Positions 37,276 to 46,607 of a stretch of 64,000 bases of DNA are shown one piece after another (the first letter of the stretch is position 1; each line of letters opens with the position of its first letter). A model generated the notes under the pieces. It was not told the origin of the DNA, did no database searches, and worked only from the letters and a program-made list of their open reading frames with translations. This DNA is from a virus (taxonomy: Duplodnaviria; Heunggongvirae; Uroviricota; Caudoviricetes), in IMG/VR virus record IMGVR_UViG_3300032323_001205, positions 26,919 to 90,918 of that record; one strand, written 5' to 3'. The position numbers were made by a program, and so were the translations under genes.

Positions 37276-37671
37276 TTAATATAAATGAGGTTCGGTTGAA
37301 GGCTCATCCTTCAATATCTTTACAATTTCTTCTTTGCTAGTAAAGACTAAACCAGTGTGCTCTAAAATAATTCTACGCTGTTCTGGGTTGATTCCAGCCC
37401 AAGCCTTGACCTTTTCATAACTACCATACGCTTCTTCTGGCATAGTATCACGCATCCAACCTACCAAAGCCTTGAATGCATTGATAGTATTACTGGGGTG
37501 ACTGCGTGAGATTGCACTTACAAAATCATTAGCCAGGACACTTGTGAAACAACTGCCCGGAGTGTAACCAAACACAAGATAGTTGTAGAAAGGTTCAGCA
37601 AACTCCTTAGGAACATCCCAACGTGCAAATGTTTGCATTAGTTTATGTTTACTGTATTTTGACAGGTTCAT
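37276..37671 (-). CDS. Hypothetical protein
   Basis: 131 aa. Confidence 0.45.
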   Translation of the reverse strand: MNLSKYSKHKLMQTFARWDVPKEFAEPFYNYLVFGYTPGSCFTSVLANDFVSAISRSHPSNTINAFKALVGWMRDTMPEEAYGSYEKVKAWAGINPEQRRIILEHTGLVFTSKEEIVKILKDEPSTEPHLY

Positions 37672-37774
37672 TCTACTACTCTATATTCTGATTTAGGATA
37701 AGTTGCCAATAACCATTCTAACATTTTTTCGCTGTAGGGCAGTCTGATTGAATCGTATTTGTTTGTAATGTATT

Positions 37775-37966
37775 TTACAACCATCTTAGACTAAACCATT
37801 CGAAATTCTTTTTAATGCTGAATCCATAACCATGAAGGCTGCTGGATTCATGCAGATAAACTACATCGTTCTTATTCATCCAACCCATTATGTTCAGAAA
37901 CTCTTGAAAGTCTTTGACAAAATAATGACTCTTGGGATAACCCGCAACTTGATATACTTTCATCAC
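37775..37966 (-). CDS. Hypothetical protein
   Basis: 63 aa. Confidence 0.35.
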   Translation of the reverse strand: MMKVYQVAGYPKSHYFVKDFQEFLNIMGWMNKNDVVYLHESSSLHGYGFSIKKNFEWFSLRWL

Positions 37967-38370
37967 CAGCTACTGTTGTAAAACACTTTAAGACCTAGAA
38001 ACAATTCTGCTTTAGCATTAACACAAAATTTGAGGTCTTCTTCATAGTAAACATTGTCAGCGGGCTTACCGAAAAAGAATCCTTCAGTGAATGGAAGCTG
38101 ACCATGACGAATCGCTTGTTCAAGTTCATCAATATCTTCCCAAGTTAGTTCAAGTTCAACACCGTTGAAACTGTTGTATTTTACATTTTTTCGTTCCGCA
38201 AGTTTCTCCATCCAACCATGTAATGAAGGATGTTTACGCCAATAAGCAATTTCTACTGGCCTACTTACCGGGCCTACCAACTCATTGGTCTTTTCATCCC
38301 AATTAGCCTTTTCATAAAATTCATCACGTTGACCGGGACGACCAACATAAGCATACATATCAAGTCCCAT
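37963..38370 (-). CDS. Hypothetical protein
   Basis: 135 aa. Confidence 0.45.
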   Translation of the reverse strand: MGLDMYAYVGRPGQRDEFYEKANWDEKTNELVGPVSRPVEIAYWRKHPSLHGWMEKLAERKNVKYNSFNGVELELTWEDIDELEQAIRHGQLPFTEGFFFGKPADNVYYEEDLKFCVNAKAELFLGLKVFYNSSW

Positions 38371-38499
38371 TTACTTCACCTGTTCCTGTGTTACTTCTTT
38401 AACTTTGTTTACACCATTGTCAGCCATTTTAGCGATACCACTAAAGCCAACTGTCGATACGACAATACCAAGAATAAAACCTACTAGAAATTTAGTCAT
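38371..38499 (-). CDS. 42-aa single-TM micro-protein (below track cutoff)
   Basis: My translation is MTKFLVGFILGIVVSTVGFSGIAKMADNGVNKVKEVTQEQVK. A GGAG Shine-Dalgarno sits 9 nt upstream. Its stop abuts the next start. A further 21-aa hydrophobic ORF (38520-38586, MIELLALVCLIGPTIVVHYLGK) is ATGA-coupled to paralog C. Confidence 0.35.
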   Translation of the reverse strand: MTKFLVGFILGIVVSTVGFSGIAKMADNGVNKVKEVTQEQVK

Positions 38500-38582
38500 T
38501 TTTTTAACTCCAAAATATTACTTGCCCAAATAGTGAACAACTATTGTGGGACCAATAAGACATACAAGTGCCAATAATTCAA

Positions 38583-38786
38583 TCATTCTTCAACTCCGAA
38601 ATGTTTCTTTAGCGCCTTAACATACTCACCGTGTATTTCACTGTCATCAATATTCCAATACACACGAGCACATTCCCTGACAATCAACTCGGCGAACTTT
38701 TCCATTTTATACACATACTTTGGACCGCAATCTTCAAACGGTTGCAGTCCAGCCTCGTTGGCAAGTTGGTTAATTCGTTCGTTCAT
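38583..38786 (-). CDS. Small protein, HFGVEE paralog family (copy C)
   Basis: 67 aa. ...KFAELIVRECARV... KKHFGVEE. Confidence 0.55.
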   Translation of the reverse strand: MNERINQLANEAGLQPFEDCGPKYVYKMEKFAELIVRECARVYWNIDDSEIHGEYVKALKKHFGVEE

Positions 38787-39442
38787 ACAATAACCTTTAC
38801 ACGATTGAATTGGGTTGTATTAGGATTGCGCTGTGCCTTTACAGTGCCTTGAATAGAAATTGTATTACCAACTTCAAGTTTATTTTTAATAGCAAAGAAC
38901 AACACTTGGTCTTCACCAGTGATACAAGTAGCAAAATGTGTTCCCCACTTTTCCGAATATACACATTTCAATACTTCAACATTGGCAACTTGAATTTTAT
39001 TGCCAACTGTACCGACATAACCACCACGTGCAAAATTAATACGCTGTTCTATTGTTTGTTGTTTAACGCCACGCTCATAGCTTGATGGCAAACTAGTAAT
39101 GACGGCTACATCATAATCACTGGTAATCACATCACGATTGGCAATCAACATTGCAGTGTTATTGAATTCGCTCAGTGCCTTGCCTTGCAAAATTTTGAAG
39201 GTGTATGCTTGAAAGAAAGCACGAACCTTTTTACCTTGTTCACGATACTCGTCTGTGATAGTGAATGGATCAGCCAAGAGACTGTTCACAATCTGTCGGT
39301 TAGATTGTTGATTGATAGCAGGATCTGATTCGGAGATCATGCTCAGTTTAACATACCTACCATTGATGCGTTGTGCCTGAACAGCCGCGGCCCACACATC
39401 ATCGGCATTGAAATTGACTACGGGTTTCTGATAGCGAGCCAT
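38783..39442 (-). CDS. Hypothetical protein
   Basis: 219 aa. No motif recognised. Confidence 0.45.
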   Translation of the reverse strand: MARYQKPVVNFNADDVWAAAVQAQRINGRYVKLSMISESDPAINQQSNRQIVNSLLADPFTITDEYREQGKKVRAFFQAYTFKILQGKALSEFNNTAMLIANRDVITSDYDVAVITSLPSSYERGVKQQTIEQRINFARGGYVGTVGNKIQVANVEVLKCVYSEKWGTHFATCITGEDQVLFFAIKNKLEVGNTISIQGTVKAQRNPNTTQFNRVKVIV

Positions 39443-39451
39443 GACTACTCC

Positions 39452-39709
39452 TTAGGCGAATTCGTAAAACTTAACAGATGGATCCAACTTTTGCAAATCA
39501 CGTGCCGCACTAGTCAATGCACGATAGCGGGCTTGAACCTGACTACGTGGCAGTTCACCATCACAAGTCAAATTCTCAGGACTCAAATCAGCATCCAAAC
39601 TGTCAGCAACTTCCTGGCGACCTTTAGCAGTTTTGACTTCATATTGACGACCTTTAAAGATAGCGTTCCATTTGTTCTTCTGGTCGATATATGCTTGAAG
39701 TGCTTTCAT
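39452..39709 (-). CDS. Small early protein
   Basis: 85 aa, downstream of promoter 39744-39772. Confidence 0.45.
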   Translation of the reverse strand: MKALQAYIDQKNKWNAIFKGRQYEVKTAKGRQEVADSLDADLSPENLTCDGELPRSQVQARYRALTSAARDLQKLDPSVKFYEFA

Positions 39710-39743
39710 GTTTAACTCCTGTTGTTTGACTGTCTAAGACTCT

Positions 39744-39772
39744 ATTATATACCCAAAGTGATTTATTGTCAA
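39744..39772 (-). promoter_or_regulatory. Sigma70 consensus promoter TTGACA-N17-TATAAT
   Basis: attata 39744-39749, spacer 17, tgtcaa 39767-39772. Shares the GACTGTCTAAGA(T/C)TC leader with 22641 and 22371. Confidence 0.7.
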
Positions 39773-39784
39773 CCTTTTAAAGAT

Positions 39785-40015
39785 TTATCCGTGCTTGATT
39801 TTGTCAAGCACATCTCCTGAGAGGTACACTTTTCCCGACAGGGTTTGCCGAATATCTTGTAGTTCAAATGTGTATAGATTTATCAAATCCAGCATATAGT
39901 CTTGGATAAATTTTTCTTGCCCATCGAACCAACGCTTAAGACCCGGAACACCTTCGTTAAGAAGTTTTTCCTGTAAGAAACGCAAATTGTTTTCATTAAT
40001 TTCAGGCTTGTTCAT
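39785..40015 (-). CDS. Small early protein
   Basis: 76 aa, downstream of promoter 40039-40067. Confidence 0.45.
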   Translation of the reverse strand: MNKPEINENNLRFLQEKLLNEGVPGLKRWFDGQEKFIQDYMLDLINLYTFELQDIRQTLSGKVYLSGDVLDKIKHG

Positions 40016-40038
40016 ATAATCTCCGTCTAAGAATATCT

Positions 40039-40067
40039 ATTATAACACCAATTTTGTTTATTGTCAA
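40039..40067 (-). promoter_or_regulatory. Sigma70 consensus promoter TTGACA-N17-TATAAT
   Basis: attata 40039-40044, spacer 17, tgtcaa 40062-40067. Confidence 0.7.
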
Positions 40068-40072
40068 TCCAC

Positions 40073-40094
40073 AAAAAAGCCCCAATTAAGGGGC
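40073..40094 (-). terminator. Intrinsic terminator after 40116..40388
   Basis: Minus strand reads GCCCCTTAATTGGGGC followed by TTTTTT. Confidence 0.55.
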
Positions 40095-40115
40095 TTTTTA
40101 TTAGAACTGAAAGTA

Positions 40116-40388
40116 TTACTTTTTAGACTGTGTACTTTGATTAACAAATCCGTACATCTTTTCAGCAGTCTCTAGGATTTTGTCTAGACCGGGGAATTCT
40201 GGCATAGCAACGGTACTTACAAGTTGACCAGTTTTTTCATCACGCTTTGCTGACATTTCCCAGCCGTGAAATTTCATAGAGTATTCTTGCTGAACCATGT
40301 CTTTAGCCATTGCTAAGATATCAGTGCGTAGCTCATAACCATTTTTATTAAATTTAACTTCGGGTAGTTTTGGTGTAAAATCTGACAT
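40116..40388 (-). CDS. Hypothetical protein
   Basis: 90 aa. Confidence 0.45.
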   Translation of the reverse strand: MSDFTPKLPEVKFNKNGYELRTDILAMAKDMVQQEYSMKFHGWEMSAKRDEKTGQLVSTVAMPEFPGLDKILETAEKMYGFVNQSTQSKK

Positions 40389-40449
40389 GTTGTATTTCCT
40401 TAAAAGTGTTTGTGTGTGTTTAGTATAACATGTTTGAAACGTTATACAA

Positions 40450-41028
40450 TTATTTTGGTAACATAGTAGGGATAGCCCACAATTCGGTCAATCTATTTCG
40501 TAGTTTAATATACTCTTTCATGATTTCATTGTGCTCTTTCCATAGTTGGCTATTAACTTCATATGGACTAGGTGGCGGAACTTCTATAGAACTAGTTCGT
40601 TCCCCACCACCACGTGATTTAGTTTTCATATTATTTTTTGAAGCTAAATGCTGGATAACACGATTATCCTCAATGCAATTCATATAAATCTCAGAAATAG
40701 AATGAAATTTGGCAAACGCTAACATTTCAGTAATTATCTGATTTCCAATGCCTTGACGCTGATAATCACGTTGTACACTGACGGCAAGTTCCCAACTACC
40801 GTCATTGTTTTTTGCTAAATGTCCCCAACCCACACGTTGATTTTCAGTCCTTGCATACCATAGTTCATGGTCTTTGGGATTGTAGCACATACTTAAAATC
40901 ATTTGATCTATTGAGTGATCGGACACTGGATAACCAAAACGACTTATCTTATCTTCATTAGTCAACGTTTTCAAATGTTGACTGTAATCATGAATTTTGT
41001 ATATGTTAGTGTGGTGAACGTAGATCAT
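40450..41028 (-). CDS. GNAT family N-acetyltransferase
   Basis: 192 aa. Acetyl-CoA-binding motif A QRQGIGNQIITEMLAF. ATGA-coupled to two upstream micro-ORFs. Confidence 0.65.
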   Translation of the reverse strand: MIYVHHTNIYKIHDYSQHLKTLTNEDKISRFGYPVSDHSIDQMILSMCYNPKDHELWYARTENQRVGWGHLAKNNDGSWELAVSVQRDYQRQGIGNQIITEMLAFAKFHSISEIYMNCIEDNRVIQHLASKNNMKTKSRGGGERTSSIEVPPPSPYEVNSQLWKEHNEIMKEYIKLRNRLTELWAIPTMLPK

Positions 41029-41104
41029 TTCATCTTACTTGCTTTGTATTCTTTAATAGATTGAATAGCTTCAAGTATACTGAATAAAAATTCTTTGATT
41101 TTGT

Positions 41105-41269
41105 TCATAGAAATCTCCAATCAGATTGATTGCGATGGAACTCGTGAGTCAATCGCTCTATGTCACCTACACATTGTGGGTTTCGCCCGACTATATATTT
41201 TTCTAATTCTGTTCCGTAGGTATCTGTAGAGAAACCTAGGAACGCCATTAACATTCCTAAAAGTTTCAT
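41105..41269 (-). CDS. 54-aa micro-protein (below track cutoff)
   Basis: My translation is MKLLGMLMAFLGFSTDTYGTELEKYIVGRNPQCVGDIERLTHEFHRNQSDWRFL. ATGA-coupled to a 27-aa ORF (41025-41108), which in turn is ATGA-coupled to the GNAT gene. Confidence 0.3.
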   Translation of the reverse strand: MKLLGMLMAFLGFSTDTYGTELEKYIVGRNPQCVGDIERLTHEFHRNQSDWRFL

Positions 41270-41271
41270 AA

Positions 41272-41547
41272 TTACTTAGCCTTTGATTTTGTAGTATTGA
41301 AAGCTGGAACCATTGCTTTATATTGGTCAGCTAAGCCTGTGTAGAATTCTTTGCTTGTGAAAATCATACCCAAAGCCATTGCGGATTGCATTCCTGCGTC
41401 TGCGGCTGCTTTAGTATATTTTGTTTGTGCATCGATGAAACCGTTTAATGCTGTTTTGATGCCTTCGTGTTGAACTGTTGTCTCTACGAATTTCTTTTTG
41501 AAGTCTGAAACGCCATCGATAACGGCGTAAGTTGCTGTGTTAAACAT
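41272..41547 (-). CDS. Hypothetical protein
   Basis: 91 aa. Confidence 0.45.
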   Translation of the reverse strand: MFNTATYAVIDGVSDFKKKFVETTVQHEGIKTALNGFIDAQTKYTKAAADAGMQSAMALGMIFTSKEFYTGLADQYKAMVPAFNTTKSKAK

Positions 41548-41815
41548 TTTATATCTCCTATGTGTGTGTTTAAAAATTGGGTTTTTATGAAGAACCCTAA
41601 CTTCACAAGTATTTATTACCTGATGAAAGTATTATATCATATTTTCACGATATTTTCGTAGAGCCTTGTCTCTAATCTCAGCTAATCTTTTGGTTATACG
41701 TTCGGGTAATTCCTGATCATCTTCCCAAAAATTTTTGGCTTTAATTAGCTTTGGACGACTATAACTACGATGTAAGTCTAGGATGATTATCTCGTAAATA
41801 TCGTCATCATCTACC

Positions 41816-42094
41816 TCACTTGCTAGCTGGCTTGGCGTCTGTCTTAGGAGCAGTTGCTGCTGGAGCCTTTTCTGTCTTGGCAGTGGAACTTTTGGTGGCG
41901 TCTGCTTTGGGTGCAGCCTTGTCCTCCTTTTTCTTAGCCAACTTCATTTCAGTCTTTGGTGCTTCAGCTTTTGCAGGAGCTGCAGGAGTCGCTGCCGGTG
42001 CTGTTTTACCAATATTTTCTGGTTGCTTGGCAGCTTGTGCGAAGGCAGTAGCGACACTGAAAGAGGCGATAAGGGCAATTGCGATATTTTTCAT
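41816..42094 (-). CDS. Secreted Ala/Lys/Pro-rich protein
   Basis: 92 aa. Signal peptide MKNIAIALIASFSVATAFAQA, then APAKAEAPKTEMK...AAPKADATK repeats. Confidence 0.5.
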   Translation of the reverse strand: MKNIAIALIASFSVATAFAQAAKQPENIGKTAPAATPAAPAKAEAPKTEMKLAKKKEDKAAPKADATKSSTAKTEKAPAATAPKTDAKPASK

Positions 42095-42186
42095 TTTAAG
42101 TTTCCTTTATGTTAATGAAGTAGATTTTATGTCTACATATATATAACGCGGCATCTATTGATTCTGTTGACATAAATATATATATT

Positions 42187-42675
42187 ATGTTATATATATC
42201 TTATCAAGGAATCTACGATGGGCAAAATTTTGAGAATGCCAATACTACCGGTCAGATCGGGAAAGCATTAGACAATGGTTATTCTTGTTTGATTGACGTA
42301 TGGAGGATGGATGATAAGCTTTATGTAGGTTATGAGCAACCTACTGAAGAAGTTTCAGCGACTTATTTGCGAGGTAATAAGTTTTGGATCAATGCAAGAA
42401 ATACTGATATGCAAACATGGATTTCTGGGCAATCTACTTCACTATATCCAAATTACTTTTGGTTCAATAGCGACACCGAAAGTAACAATGCTACTACGAG
42501 TGGTGGCCAAATCATTACACCAGGCACAGTGCCCGTAAATAATAATAGCATAATATTTCTTCCGGAAATACAGGATAGAGGGCTATTCAGCACTGTAAAA
42601 TTAAAGTGCTATGGAATATGTAGCAGTTATTTAACCTTTGTTAGACGAATGCGCAACGAAGGTGTTTGGTATTAA
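42187..42675 (+). CDS. Hypothetical protein
   Basis: 162 aa. Divergently arranged versus 41816..42094. Confidence 0.4.
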   Translation: MLYISYQGIYDGQNFENANTTGQIGKALDNGYSCLIDVWRMDDKLYVGYEQPTEEVSATYLRGNKFWINARNTDMQTWISGQSTSLYPNYFWFNSDTESNNATTSGGQIITPGTVPVNNNSIIFLPEIQDRGLFSTVKLKCYGICSSYLTFVRRMRNEGVWY

Positions 42676-42816
42676 CCGCATCGACCAGTTCTACGAACCA
42701 CACTAGAACCACCAAAACCCTTATTTGGTTTAGGTGCCTTCTTCTCATTTTTTTTACCAGTGATAAACGCTGGATTATTCTTCTTCGCTTCATTAGCCAT
42801 GTTAATGAATGGGTTT

Positions 42817-43245
42817 TTACTTTTCTTGTCTTCTGTCATGTTTACTCCGTGTAGCAGTTAAATATTCTTCTAATGAACCATATAGATTTATAAGCATAGC
42901 AATCTTGCTATCATACAATCTTATGTATGCATTCTTGTTACCAGTTTTTAATTTTTTTCCAGAACCTAAATAATAAGGACAATTGATTTTATTATTTACT
43001 TCTATCAAAAAACTATACCAGCTACTGCCCTGTTGTTTGAATTCGATATCATAGAATTCTATCTGCGCCAACTGAAAGGCTGTAGCTCCTACGTCAGTCA
43101 ATCTTAACCCTTCATTCCTACCAGTAAACCACCATTTAGGTAATAGTTCATCAATGGTATACTCAATCCAAATATTGTTTTCTTTGGGTATCTCTGCAAA
43201 AACTACTTCTGTTATAGTTTCTTTAATTGATTTACGTTTGGTCAT
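42817..43245 (-). CDS. Hypothetical protein
   Basis: 142 aa. Confidence 0.45.
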   Translation of the reverse strand: MTKRKSIKETITEVVFAEIPKENNIWIEYTIDELLPKWWFTGRNEGLRLTDVGATAFQLAQIEFYDIEFKQQGSSWYSFLIEVNNKINCPYYLGSGKKLKTGNKNAYIRLYDSKIAMLINLYGSLEEYLTATRSKHDRRQEK

Positions 43246-43531
43246 CTGGATATACGCAACTTCCAGAATTCATAAAGATAACAGTAAACTTATCTGTTTT
43301 AAACTGTGCGTTTAACTTACGACAGAGGTTACGGGCGTGACCAGGATTACTAAAACTAGTCTTTTTATATTTAGGCGTTGCTTCGTTATCTAAGTAATGC
43401 TGTGATTTCAAGTTGATAGGTTGGTTATCATAAAACACAGCCCATATTCCTGCTGCCTCAACAATTTGATCGCATTTATATGTTTGCTTATCTACTAACT
43501 CTAACAATATTTTTGGTTGTGTTCTACTCAT
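43232..43531 (-). CDS. Hypothetical protein
   Basis: 99 aa. Confidence 0.4.
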   Translation of the reverse strand: MSRTQPKILLELVDKQTYKCDQIVEAAGIWAVFYDNQPINLKSQHYLDNEATPKYKKTSFSNPGHARNLCRKLNAQFKTDKFTVIFMNSGSCVYPDDQT

Positions 43532-43731
43532 TTAAATGTCCCGCCTTTTACTTCAACTTGAAAGACAGGTTCAGTAATCGGTTGTTCTTGTTTTAAATCA
43601 TAATTGTCTGCTAATAATTTAACTAACTCGTCCCTTAATCCTCTGGCATCAATAATTGGCAGGACTACGTCTTTGCCTTGTTTACCTTCCATATAGGAAA
43701 TTTTATCAATGAATCTTTTAATGTGTATCAT
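43528..43731 (-). CDS. Hypothetical protein
   Basis: 67 aa. Confidence 0.35.
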   Translation of the reverse strand: MIHIKRFIDKISYMEGKQGKDVVLPIIDARGLRDELVKLLADNYDLKQEQPITEPVFQVEVKGGTFK

Positions 43732-44195
43732 GCACTATTTATCATCTTTTTTGCGTCTTCTTCAGATTTAAAAGGGCCTTGATATGGATAGCGTTGTATA
43801 AAAATATACTTAGGACAAAATATTACTTTAGGATCATTGCCTTGATTTATTACATACCATCCTGCCGCATGATAGCATTTACTATTGGGTGAAGTAGTGA
43901 ATAAATGTATCTTTCGTTTAATGTCTAGTATAGAGTTATAAACTTTACTGGTAGTGGGATATACTTTAAAAGGTAAATTATGTGTAGACTTGTCAACCTT
44001 CTTAGTAGACTCAAACTCTATGTTTGTTATTTTTTTAATAATGTTTGTGTTTTTGTAATGCGTTTTATTACCATTCAATTTAACTTCAAATCCAGACCCG
44101 TCTGCGATTACATTACCTACTTTTTCTTTACCATCCGTTACAATCCAAAATTGATTTTTAACTACTGGTTTTGCTATTAGTGTTTTATTAGTCAT
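43728..44195 (-). CDS. Hypothetical protein
   Basis: 155 aa. Confidence 0.45.
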   Translation of the reverse strand: MTNKTLIAKPVVKNQFWIVTDGKEKVGNVIADGSGFEVKLNGNKTHYKNTNIIKKITNIEFESTKKVDKSTHNLPFKVYPTTSKVYNSILDIKRKIHLFTTSPNSKCYHAAGWYVINQGNDPKVIFCPKYIFIQRYPYQGPFKSEEDAKKMINSA

Positions 44196-44198
44196 AGT

Positions 44199-44474
44199 TT
44201 ATTTCCTTTTCTTTGATACGATTTCGCCATCAAAATTTGTTAATCGTGTCACACCCTTATGCTTACATATTAACACATAAGTATACTTGCCGTCAATCTT
44301 TAATGGCAAATCCAAATGAATATGTAGTTCGGGACCGTTTAATTCACTAATAACAGTATCGTTACCTACACTGCCTACCCAACGAATCTTGCCATACATA
44401 CCCGTTACCCTAGCCATAAACTCAAACTTAGGCTTATAACGATTCTTTTCAAAATATTCAGCTAGACTTGCCAT
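44199..44474 (-). CDS. Hypothetical protein
   Basis: 91 aa. Confidence 0.4.
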   Translation of the reverse strand: MASLAEYFEKNRYKPKFEFMARVTGMYGKIRWVGSVGNDTVISELNGPELHIHLDLPLKIDGKYTYVLICKHKGVTRLTNFDGEIVSKKRK

Positions 44475-44655
44475 TTTTTAAAATCATATTCGGTGCAATA
44501 TTATTGTCATAGATTTGTGCCATTGTATCCCACAAACCTTTACGTTCCTCAGGCGTCATGCCGGCGACCCATGGGGCATCGTCGGGTTTTCTATCAAGCC
44601 CATAATCATGTCGATATGATATACACATATCAGTAATGATTTGTTCACGTGTCAT
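44458..44655 (-). CDS. Hypothetical protein
   Basis: 65 aa. Confidence 0.35.
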   Translation of the reverse strand: MTREQIITDMCISYRHDYGLDRKPDDAPWVAGMTPEERKGLWDTMAQIYDNNIAPNMILKNGKSS

Positions 44656-45106
44656 TATGTTCCCTTGTCAACTCACACATTAATTGAAATTGCTCATACG
44701 CTTTCTTTACTGCTGGATTCGTCATTAGTTTATCAGCTTCTTCCTGCATAGCCTTTACTCCTGCTTCGGCACAGTCATGAATGCTAAGACCATATAGGGT
44801 GCATAGTTCATCACCCATTTCTTTAGCTAACTTAGCCCATGCCTTTTTTTGTGCTTCTGTAATAGGAGTACTCTTTGGACGTAGTTCTGCGGCTTTGCTG
44901 ATAGCACGACAAATAGCATCCTCAGCAACGCGACCAGCGGCAATCATCGCGGCATAGTTAGGTTCCACGTTAAACCGGCGGCTGGTTCCCCCAGGGTAAC
45001 ACATGACCAAGTGATTACCTTTAGGGAAACTGTCCATGTAATCACTATCATACTCAGCAACAGGATAGTATTTACGACCTCTTTTTTCATAATAAACTTT
45101 CTTCAT
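44645..45106 (-). CDS. Hypothetical protein
   Basis: 153 aa. Confidence 0.45.
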   Translation of the reverse strand: MKKVYYEKRGRKYYPVAEYDSDYMDSFPKGNHLVMCYPGGTSRRFNVEPNYAAMIAAGRVAEDAICRAISKAAELRPKSTPITEAQKKAWAKLAKEMGDELCTLYGLSIHDCAEAGVKAMQEEADKLMTNPAVKKAYEQFQLMCELTREHNDT

Positions 45107-45336
45107 AGCTGAAACTTTTTCAAATATTCTTTTGCCAGTGTTAAATCTTGTTTCTTATCCATTGGACATAGGTCTTCATACGTTTCTTGCATACGTACTA
45201 GTTCTTCCCGATATGCTTTGATAATCCACATAGCGTATTCACGATCCTCTTGATCCATGCTATTCCACCAAATTTCTAATTCTTCTTGGCTTCTGTTGAG
45301 AATAAACAGAATGTTGTTCATATCTTTATCGTTCAT
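45103..45336 (-). CDS. Hypothetical protein
   Basis: 77 aa. Confidence 0.4.
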   Translation of the reverse strand: MNDKDMNNILFILNRSQEELEIWWNSMDQEDREYAMWIIKAYREELVRMQETYEDLCPMDKKQDLTLAKEYLKKFQL

Positions 45337-45337
45337 A

Positions 45338-45568
45338 TCAATCTCCTAGTTTTTCCCAAACATAATCTGATTCTTTAACATATGCGACAGGCTTTAGCCA
45401 ACCATGATTGATACACTCAGCAATCAAACTTGCATAATTGTCAGGACAACGTTGACTAATTTTAAATGCCGCACGTGGTACTAATTTGATGCCATCAGTC
45501 ATTATAAAGTCTGGATCACGTTGTTGTATTTCTTTAAAAATTGTACCAGTAGTAGTAAAAGTTGTCAT
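45338..45568 (-). CDS. Hypothetical protein
   Basis: 76 aa. Confidence 0.4.
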   Translation of the reverse strand: MTTFTTTGTIFKEIQQRDPDFIMTDGIKLVPRAAFKISQRCPDNYASLIAECINHGWLKPVAYVKESDYVWEKLGD

Positions 45569-46572
45569 ACTAGATTACCTGTATAAGGACTGTTCAACCA
45601 TTTACTATATGTTTCTGCTTGTTCTGAAATTTTTGTTAACTCATAGCGTCCACAGAATTTCATAAAGTGAATTCCCACTTGAGGAATACTTGTTACACGG
45701 ACACTTTCACGAATGCGCTGGTCAACTGCATCTTTGATTTCTTGCGGCTGTGCCTTCAAGTCAATAAGAGTTTTGTTACGCTCAAATGCATCTTTAACAC
45801 GAATCTCATTGCCCTCATGGTCTGTGTAACGTTGCAACATAAAATTGTTGTAGGCGAAGCCCATCTTGTGGCGATCTTCAAATGCTTCAAGGATACCTAC
45901 TTTGTTCTTAGTACCTTTTTCACGACAGCCCGGAAAAGCACTGAATACGTTGTCGCCCGAATCGCCGCGGATAATTTTTTTGAATAATCCGTACTCAGGG
46001 TCTTCCAAAAGTTTTGGTTCTTTAGTTTTCTTGTCCAGTACGGGCTTGCCCGATTCTTTAAAATAGCCCTTCAATGTGATTAATTCGTTAGTCACACCAT
46101 TATACTGATTGACGTTTTCACTGATTAATTGTGCGTAGTCGCCATCCGTTGAAATTATCCAGTGGTGGTCAGATGGATGCAAGTGAATGAATCTTGCAAT
46201 CATGTCGTCAGCCTCAGCACGTTCATGTCGCAATACAGTTACATTAGTCTTCTCTTTAATGAAAGTTGTAAATTTCTCATACGTGTCCCAGAAAAGTTTT
46301 GACTCTTCGGCTTCTTCCTCAGTAATAGACATAGCATCAACCACACGATTCCTTTTGTATGGAGCATACAAATCTTTGCGAAAACTGCGCCCCTCTAAAC
46401 AGAATACGCAGTGATCAATGCCGTAACGTTTTACTGCCTGATTGACACTAGCCAATGTTAGATGAAGGGCCATGCCTATCTTCTCTTCCGGTGTGCTGTT
46501 GCGTGATGCAACATGACGAGCACGGAAGAAAGTATTTGCAGTATCGATGAGGGCGTAATTTTGGTGTGTCAT
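45565..46572 (-). CDS. rnh: Flap endonuclease / 5'-3' exonuclease (T4 RNase H homolog)
   Basis: 335 aa. Collinear with T4 RNase H (ALIDTANTFFRA versus CLIDFSQIALST; RAEADDMIARFIHL...IISTDGDYAQL versus KYEADDHIAVLV...IISSDGDFTQL). Confidence 0.85.
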   Translation of the reverse strand: MTHQNYALIDTANTFFRARHVASRNSTPEEKIGMALHLTLASVNQAVKRYGIDHCVFCLEGRSFRKDLYAPYKRNRVVDAMSITEEEAEESKLFWDTYEKFTTFIKEKTNVTVLRHERAEADDMIARFIHLHPSDHHWIISTDGDYAQLISENVNQYNGVTNELITLKGYFKESGKPVLDKKTKEPKLLEDPEYGLFKKIIRGDSGDNVFSAFPGCREKGTKNKVGILEAFEDRHKMGFAYNNFMLQRYTDHEGNEIRVKDAFERNKTLIDLKAQPQEIKDAVDQRIRESVRVTSIPQVGIHFMKFCGRYELTKISEQAETYSKWLNSPYTGNLV

Positions 46573-46578
46573 GTGTCT

Positions 46579-46607
46579 ATTATATACTACTATTTAGTTT
46601 TTGTCAA
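46579..46607 (-). promoter_or_regulatory. Sigma70 consensus promoter squeezed between helicase stop and rnh start
   Basis: attata 46579-46584, spacer 17, tgtcaa 46602-46607. The -10 element ends about 7 nt from the rnh ATG (46572), predicting a leaderless or near-leaderless transcript. Confidence 0.55.

Noticed and set aside
41820-42146. Ala-rich plus-strand ORF 41820..42146
   Set aside because: Antisense to the AKP-repeat secreted protein 41816..42094 (GCN codons mirrored). The minus-strand reading has a signal peptide and an SD.
42672-42839. 55-aa basic minus-strand ORF (MTEDKKSKNPF...) between 42187..42675 and 42817..43245
   Set aside because: It overlaps both neighbours, and no coupling signature or clear RBS was found. 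Possible, but unsupported.
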